Shown here in pieces: positions 19,308 through 24,000 of a DNA stretch of 24,000 nucleotides. The DNA is from Streptomyces sp. NPDC005811. Its GTDB lineage: Bacteria > Actinomycetota > Actinomycetes > Streptomycetales > Streptomycetaceae. The stretch is from positions 46,112 through 70,111 of the forward strand of contig NZ_JBEXXK010000051.1 in assembly GCF_040630405.1 (NCBI RefSeq), given 5' to 3'. How positions within the stretch are numbered: position 1 is the first letter of the stretch; every line of letters begins with the position of its first letter. The notes under the pieces were generated by a model that saw only the letters and a program-made list of their open reading frames with translations, made no database searches and was not told the origin of the DNA. The translations under genes and the position numbers were made by a program.

Positions 19308-19994
19308 ATGCAGCGCTCCAGGCGTCGCATCGCCACGGTCCTCTCGGCCGCGGTCTCTTCGCTCCTTCTGTCACTCTCGCTCTCCGCCCCGTCCGCCCGG
19401 GCGGCGACCCACAACCCCATCGTCTTCGTGCACGGCATCAGCAGCTCGTCGAGCAGCTGGGACGACTGGGTCGCCGACTTCAAGGCCGACGGCTACACGT
19501 CCGCCGAGCTGGACGCGTGGACGTACAGCTGGTCCCAGTCGAACGCCACGACGGCCTCCCAGCTGGCCACCGAGATCAAGAACGTGCTGGCGAGAACCGG
19601 CGCGAGCAAGGTCGACGTGGTCATCCACTCGATGGGCGCCCTCAGCGCCCGCTACTACCTCAAGAACCTCGGCGGCACGTCCTACGTGGACGACTTCGTC
19701 TCCGTCGCGGGCGTCAACCACGGTACGTCGGTGGCCTCCTGGTGCAGCTGGCTGTATACGTCGTGCGCCGAGATGGTCACCGGCAGCTCGTTCCTCACCG
19801 CGCTCAACTCCGGTGACGAGACGCCGGGCAGCGTGACCTACGGGACCTACTGGTCGAACTGCGACGCGGCCATCGACCCCGACTCCTCGGCGCTGCTGAG
19901 CGGGGCCACCAACGTCGGCGTCGGATGCATCTCGCACAACGACATGAACAACGACTACGGCGTCTACCAGCAGGTGCGCGACTTCATCCAGTGA
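19308..19994 (+). CDS. Secreted class-2 (B. subtilis LipA/EstA-like) lipase/esterase
   Basis: Start at internal ATG 19308, after GGAGG. The signal peptide [32 protein letters not shown] has Ala-x-Ala. Also present: NPIVFVHGI, the nucleophile pentapeptide IHSMG, and GVNHG. Confidence 0.85.
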   Translation: MQRSRRRIATVLSAAVSSLLLSLSLSAPSARAATHNPIVFVHGISSSSSSWDDWVADFKADGYTSAELDAWTYSWSQSNATTASQLATEIKNVLARTGASKVDVVIHSMGALSARYYLKNLGGTSYVDDFVSVAGVNHGTSVASWCSWLYTSCAEMVTGSSFLTALNSGDETPGSVTYGTYWSNCDAAIDPDSSALLSGATNVGVGCISHNDMNNDYGVYQQVRDFIQ

Positions 19995-20044
19995 TCCTCG
20001 CGCACACGACCACGACCGTGTGAGGGACAGCGGGGGTGCGACGG

Positions 20045-20059
20045 CTCCCCACGGGGGAG
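20045..20059 (+). terminator. Short GC hairpin CTCCCC-acg-GGGGAG downstream of the lipase gene (weak terminator candidate, no U-tract)
   Basis: Perfect 6-bp stem. A second hairpin, CACACG-N8-CGTGTG, lies at 20003..20022. Confidence 0.25.
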
Positions 20060-20094
20060 AATCCGGGGAGGCCCGTCCTGCCCGGGAGGTCGTC

Positions 20095-20772
20095 ATGCCG
20101 ATACGGTCCGCCGGCTCCGGCCGGGTGCCCGGTGACCCCGTCCACCACCCGCTGTTCGCCCGCTTGTACGCCGCGCTCGGTTCGGCCGCGGAGACCCGGG
20201 CCGGTCTCGCCGGTGTGCGGGCCCGGCTGCTCGCCGGGCTCTCCGGCCGGGTCATCGAGATCGGCGCGGGCAACGGACTGAACTTCGCGCACTATCCGGG
20301 TGCCGTCTCGGAGGTCGTCGCGATCGAACCGGAGCGCCGGATGCGGGCTCTGGCGCTGGAGGCGGCACTGCGCGCCGGGGTGCCGGTGGACGTGGTGCCC
20401 GGCGCGGCGGAGGCGCTGCCGGTCAAGAGCGAGGCGTTCGACGCGGCGGTGGTCTCGCTGGTGCTGTGCAGTGTGCGGGACGTGCCGCGGGCGCTGGCCG
20501 AGCTGCGGCGGGTACTGCGGCCCGGCGGCGAACTGCGGTTCCTGGAACACGGCCCCGGCGGCGGCCGGGCGATGCGGGCCACCCAGCGCGCCCTGGACCG
20601 CACGGTCTGGCCCTCCCTCGCGGGCGGCTGCCATCTGACCCGGGACACGGTCGGCGCACTGCGCGAGGCCGGCTTCGAACTCGGCCCGTACCGGCGGATG
20701 TACCTGCCGGAGAAGGGGCCGAGGCTCCCCTTCTCCTACGCCGTACTGGGCACGGCCCGCAAGCCCGCCTAG
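20095..20772 (+). CDS. Class I SAM-dependent methyltransferase
   Basis: Start at internal ATG 20095, after GGGAGG. Motif I is VIEIGAGNG. The post-I acidic residue and LRPGGELRFLEH are typical of the Methyltransf_11/25 type. Confidence 0.85.
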   Translation: MPIRSAGSGRVPGDPVHHPLFARLYAALGSAAETRAGLAGVRARLLAGLSGRVIEIGAGNGLNFAHYPGAVSEVVAIEPERRMRALALEAALRAGVPVDVVPGAAEALPVKSEAFDAAVVSLVLCSVRDVPRALAELRRVLRPGGELRFLEHGPGGGRAMRATQRALDRTVWPSLAGGCHLTRDTVGALREAGFELGPYRRMYLPEKGPRLPFSYAVLGTARKPA

Positions 20773-20785
20773 GCCGGGGCGGGCG

Positions 20786-21160
20786 TCACAGGCTCCATGC
20801 GCGCAGTTCCTGCGCGATCTCGGCGACCGATGCCTCGCCCGTCTTGACCAGCCGGGCCAGATCGCGCACCTGTTCGGGTGAGGTGGCCACCTTCAGACCG
20901 CTGGCGACGAGGTAGGCGTAGGCGACCGCGCAGGCGAACAGCGCGTTGGAGCGCTCCAGCGCGGGGACGTGGATGAGCAGTTGGAGCAGCGCGGCCGCGC
21001 GGGCCGGCGGGTCGGTGTACACGGGGACGTCGAATATCTCGGCCTGATGGCGTGCCACGGCGGCGATCAGGGCGCCCCAGTCGGTGACCTGGGGGTCGCC
21101 CGGGGTCTGCTGCTCGGCGAGCATGAGGAGCCAGGCGAGATCGATACGGAGATCGCTCAA
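20786..21160 (-). CDS. Doc/Fic-fold (death-on-curing-like) putative toxin with a degenerate Fic motif
   Basis: 124 aa, starting 4 nt after the RHH gene stop. By eye it is collinear with P1 Doc. The region aligning to HIFNDANKRTAL reads HVPALERSNALF, and the C-terminal GEASVAEIAQELRAW aligns to GEISVSSVADTLRRL. Confidence 0.5.
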   Translation of the reverse strand: MSDLRIDLAWLLMLAEQQTPGDPQVTDWGALIAAVARHQAEIFDVPVYTDPPARAAALLQLLIHVPALERSNALFACAVAYAYLVASGLKVATSPEQVRDLARLVKTGEASVAEIAQELRAWSL

Positions 21161-21164
21161 GGGA

Positions 21165-21407
21165 TCAGCGGCGGCCTTCCGGCACGGCGCCCTCGCGGTC
21201 CGCGCCGAATTCCTCGGCGAAGACGTTCTCGTACTGCTTCATGAAGTCGGCGGCGGCCTCCACGAAGGTGTGGCCCACCTCGCCGGCGTCCTGTCTGACC
21301 AGCTCCTCGATATAGCGGTTGACGCTCATGCCGCGCGCCGTGGCGCGCTCGCGGGCGGCCTGGGCCGTGCCCTCGTCGACGCGTACGTTCAGCTGGGTCT
21401 TCGCCAT
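21165..21407 (-). CDS. Ribbon-helix-helix (CopG/Arc-like) antitoxin
   Basis: MAKTQLNVRVDEGTAQAARERATARGMSVNRYIEELVRQD is a beta-strand plus two-helix RHH pattern. 80 aa, immediately upstream of the Doc-like gene. Confidence 0.7.
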   Translation of the reverse strand: MAKTQLNVRVDEGTAQAARERATARGMSVNRYIEELVRQDAGEVGHTFVEAAADFMKQYENVFAEEFGADREGAVPEGRR

Positions 21408-21416
21408 GCCTTCGAC

Positions 21417-21440
21417 GCTAGCGCGAGGGTGCTAGCGCGG
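21417..21440. promoter_or_regulatory. Direct repeat GCTAGCGCG-N5-GCTAGCGCG upstream of the RHH antitoxin start; candidate operator overlapping a TAGCGT -10-like hexamer
   Basis: Copies at 21418..21426 and 21432..21440. The first copy is embedded in the 8-bp palindrome CGCTAGCG. On the minus strand, TAGCGT lies 7 nt upstream of the ATG. Confidence 0.35.
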
Positions 21441-21527
21441 CAAGGGCGCGCCGGAATCGAAAAGAGATACCGACTGTGCGCCGGGTCACACTAGTCTCGG
21501 CACGTCGACGCGAGCGAGGAGGCAGTC

Positions 21528-22319
21528 TTGTCCACAGCGGCCTTGTCCACCCCCGACGGGATCGCGGCCCGTGCCCACGGTCTGACCAAGGCGTACGGCT
21601 CCGGTGAGACGACGGTGCTGGCCCTGGACTCCGTGGACGTGAGCATCGCCCGGGGCCGCTTCACCGCGGTCATGGGGCCCTCGGGGTCCGGGAAGTCCAC
21701 GCTGATGCACTGTCTGGCCGGACTCGACACCGTCTCGGCCGGTCAGGTCTGGCTCGGCGACACGGAGATCACGGGGCTCAAGGAGCGCGAGCTGACCCGG
21801 CTCCGGCGGGACCGGATCGGGTTCATGTTCCAGTCGTTCAACCTGATCCCGACGCTGAACGCGGCCGAGAACATCACGCTGCCCATGGACATCGCGGGCC
21901 GCAAGCCCGACGAGAAGTGGCTGGACCAGGTCGTCGACACACTCGGGCTGCGGGAGCGCCTCAAGCACCGGCCGTCCCAGCTCTCCGGCGGCCAGCAGCA
22001 GCGCGTGGCCTGCGCCCGGGCGCTGGTCTCCCGGCCCGAGCTGATCTTCGCCGACGAACCGACCGGCAATCTGGACTCGCGGGCCGGTCTCGAGGTGCTC
22101 GCGTTCCTGCGCCAGGCGGTGGACGAGCTCGGCCAGACGGTCGTCATGGTCACCCACGACCCGGGCGCCGCCGCCCACTCCGATCTGGTCCTCTTCCTGG
22201 CGGACGGCCGGATAGTGGACCAGATGGAGCGGCCTACGGCCGATGCGGTGCTCGAACGGATGAAACGGTTCGACGTCGGCCGCGCATCCGTCGCGGACGG
22301 CGCTCCCGAGGAGGACTGA
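21528..22319 (+). CDS. ABC transporter ATP-binding protein (MacB/LolD/FtsE-like)
   Basis: TTG start after GAGGAGG. Walker A GPSGSGKST, Q-loop, signature LSGGQQQRVA, Walker B LIFADEPTGNLD, H-loop VTHD. Confidence 0.93.
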   Translation: MSTAALSTPDGIAARAHGLTKAYGSGETTVLALDSVDVSIARGRFTAVMGPSGSGKSTLMHCLAGLDTVSAGQVWLGDTEITGLKERELTRLRRDRIGFMFQSFNLIPTLNAAENITLPMDIAGRKPDEKWLDQVVDTLGLRERLKHRPSQLSGGQQQRVACARALVSRPELIFADEPTGNLDSRAGLEVLAFLRQAVDELGQTVVMVTHDPGAAAHSDLVLFLADGRIVDQMERPTADAVLERMKRFDVGRASVADGAPEED

Positions 22320-22323
22320 CCCG

Positions 22324-24000
22324 GTGCTGAAGGCGACCCTCAGGAGTTTCCTGGCGCACAAGGGACGGCTGCTGCTGTCGGCCCTCGCCGTCGTGCTGTC
22401 CGTGGCGTTCGTCGCGGGCAGCCTGATCTTCTCGGACACGGTGACCCGCACCTTCGACCGGCTGTTCGCCTCCACCGCGGCGGACGTGACCGTGGAGCCG
22501 AAGGACGACCTGAACTCCAATGTGCCGAGCGGCGCGGTGCAGACGGTGCCGGCCGCCCTCGCCGGACAGGTCGCGCGGGTCGACGGGGTCGCCTCCGCGC
22601 ACGCGGACGTCAGCGTCGAGAACATCACCGTCGTCGACAGCGACCACAAGTCCGTCGGCCCCACCACCGGCGCCCCCACCATCGCCACCGACTGGTACGT
22701 CACCCACCGCAGCCCCGTGAAGCTGACCTCCGGCCACGCCCCGCAAGGCGCCGGCCAGGCCATGCTGGACGCCGACACCGCCGACAAGAAGAACGTGAAG
22801 ATCGGCGACACGCTCACCGTGATGGCCCAGCCGGGCTCCTTCGACGTCGAGATCGTCGGCATCGCCACCTTCACCACCACCAACCCGGGCGCGGCCCTGG
22901 TCTTCCTCGACCCCAAGGTGGCCGCGACCGAACTGCTGGGCTCGGCGGACAAGGCCACCAGCATCTCGGTCGACGCGGCGCCGGGCGTCTCCGACGCCGT
23001 GCTCAAGGACCGCGTCTCGGCCGCGCTGGGCTCCGGGCCGTACGACGTGAAGACCGCCGACGAGCAGGCCAAGTCCTCGGCCGCGTCGCTGGGCGGCTTC
23101 CTCGACGTGATCAAGTACGTGATGCTCGGGTTCGCCGGCATCGCCGTCCTCGTCGGTGTGTTCCTGATCGTCAACACGTTCTCGATGCTGATCGCCCAGC
23201 GCACCCGTGAGCTGGGGCTGCTGCGCGCGCTCGGCGCCGACCGCCGTCAGGTCCGGCGCTCGGTGCTGACCGAGGCGGTGCTGCTCGGGCTCGTGGGCTC
23301 CACCCTGGGCCTCGCCGCCGGTATCGGTCTGGCGGCCGGGCTGATCCGGCTGATGAGCGCGTTCGGCATGAACCTGAAGACGACGGAGATGGTCGTCGGC
23401 TGGGGGACCCCGGTGGCGGCGTACGTCGTCGGCGTGGGCGTCACCTTCGTGGCCGCCTACCTCCCGGCCCGGCGCGCCGCCACCGTCTCGCCCATGGCGG
23501 CCCTCGCGGACGCGGACATCGCCGGTGTGGGCCGGCCGATGAAGGTGCGCGCGATCGTCGGGGCGGTCGTAGGGGCGCTGGGTGCGGCGGCCCTGCTGGG
23601 CTGTGCGACCGCCTCGAAGACGGCGTCCGCGGCCTCCCTCCTGGGGCTCGGCGTGGTCCTGACGCTGATCGCCACCGTGATCGCGGGGCCGCTGCTGGTC
23701 CGGCCGGTGATCCGGGTCCTCGGCGGCGCCTTCCCGGCCCTGTTCGGCCCGGTCGGGCGGATGAGCCAGCGCAACGCCCTGCGCAACCCGCGCCGCACGG
23801 GCGCCACCGCGGCGGCGCTGATGGTGGGCCTCGCCCTGGTCGGCGGCATGTCCGTGGCGAGCGCCTCGATGTCGAAGTCGTTCGACGAGCAGATCGACAA
23901 GACGCTCGGCGCGGACTACGTGATCCAGAACGCCAACTTCACGCCCTTCTCCCAGGAGGTGACGAACGCGGTCCGCGCCACCGACGGCGTCGGCCTCGTC
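22324..24000 (+). CDS. FtsX-family ABC permease (large two-FtsX-domain type); 3' end cut by the window edge
   Basis: My own translation; it is not in the ORF track because it runs off the window end. GTG start 4 nt after the ATPase stop. N-terminal TM LLLSALAVVLSVAFVAG, a large extracytoplasmic domain, then an FtsX domain (LGFAGIAVLVGVFLIVNTFSMLIAQRTRELGLLRALGA). The frame is open to base 24000. Confidence 0.9.
   Translation, partial: MLKATLRSFLAHKGRLLLSALAVVLSVAFVAGSLIFSDTVTRTFDRLFASTAADVTVEPKDDLNSNVPSGAVQTVPAALAGQVARVDGVASAHADVSVENITVVDSDHKSVGPTTGAPTIATDWYVTHRSPVKLTSGHAPQGAGQAMLDADTADKKNVKIGDTLTVMAQPGSFDVEIVGIATFTTTNPGAALVFLDPKVAATELLGSADKATSISVDAAPGVSDAVLKDRVSAALGSGPYDVKTADEQAKSSAASLGGFLDVIKYVMLGFAGIAVLVGVFLIVNTFSMLIAQRTRELGLLRALGADRRQVRRSVLTEAVLLGLVGSTLGLAAGIGLAAGLIRLMSAFGMNLKTTEMVVGWGTPVAAYVVGVGVTFVAAYLPARRAATVSPMAALADADIAGVGRPMKVRAIVGAVVGALGAAALLGCATASKTASAASLLGLGVVLTLIATVIAGPLLVRPVIRVLGGAFPALFGPVGRMSQRNALRNPRRTGATAAALMVGLALVGGMSVASASMSKSFDEQIDKTLGADYVIQNANFTPFSQEVTNAVRATDGVGLV

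Noticed and set aside
18059-20273. Plus-strand ORF 18059..19228 (389 aa), minus-strand ORF 19371..20273 (300 aa), and the 5' extension of 19113..19994
   Set aside because: They are antisense to the LuxR regulator and the lipase. The lipase most plausibly starts at 19308, where a GGAGG Shine-Dalgarno and the signal peptide begin.
21486-23204. 572-aa minus-strand ORF
   Set aside because: It is antisense to the ABC ATPase and permease genes, which carry Walker/signature motifs and an FtsX domain.

Overview
This is very high-G+C actinobacterial DNA, Streptomyces-like in codon bias and in its many shadow ORFs. It reads as ordinary chromosome, not a mobile island. I saw no transposase, integrase, CRISPR array, tRNA or rRNA.

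Gene content, left to right:
- A secreted tripeptidyl-aminopeptidase-type alpha/beta hydrolase (minus strand, cut by the window edge).
- A complete urease cluster ureA-B-C-F-G-D on the minus strand, with no ureE.
- A TetR regulator divergent from an integral membrane protein.
- A lone Phd/YefM-type antitoxin divergent from a ClpP paralogue, which is followed by a translationally coupled small ORF.
- A ydaO-type c-di-AMP riboswitch in front of an NlpC/P60 cell-wall hydrolase.
- A WhiJ/AbaA-like triad: an RsbW-like ATPase, an XRE regulator and a DUF397 protein.
- The biotin genes, with bioF divergent from bioB-bioA-bioD.
- A large LuxR-family regulator divergent from a secreted class-2 lipase.
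- A SAM methyltransferase.
- An RHH antitoxin plus a Doc/Fic-like toxin pair.
- A MacB-type ABC exporter: an ATPase plus an FtsX permease that is cut by the window edge.

From memory, this order resembles the S. coelicolor SCO1230-SCO1246 neighbourhood. That needs a BLAST or synteny check.

I found no clear-cut new multi-gene system. The points most worth a second look are:
- The ClpP paralogue has a broken catalytic triad (His to Arg, Ser displaced) and sits between an orphan antitoxin-like gene and an unknown coupled ORF.
- BioB carries a C-terminal Cys/His-rich GCGSH repeat tail.
- The ureC-ureF junction is a triplicated stop/start (TGATG) relay that creates two 4-codon mini-ORFs.
- A 118-bp-period tandem duplication copies the 3' end of the membrane protein gene.
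- The Doc-like toxin has a degenerate Fic motif, and a repeated GCTAGCGCG candidate operator lies upstream of its antitoxin.
- The WhiJ-like XRE gene contains a TTA (bldA-dependent) codon.

All calls come from reading and translating the sequence by eye. No database search was run.
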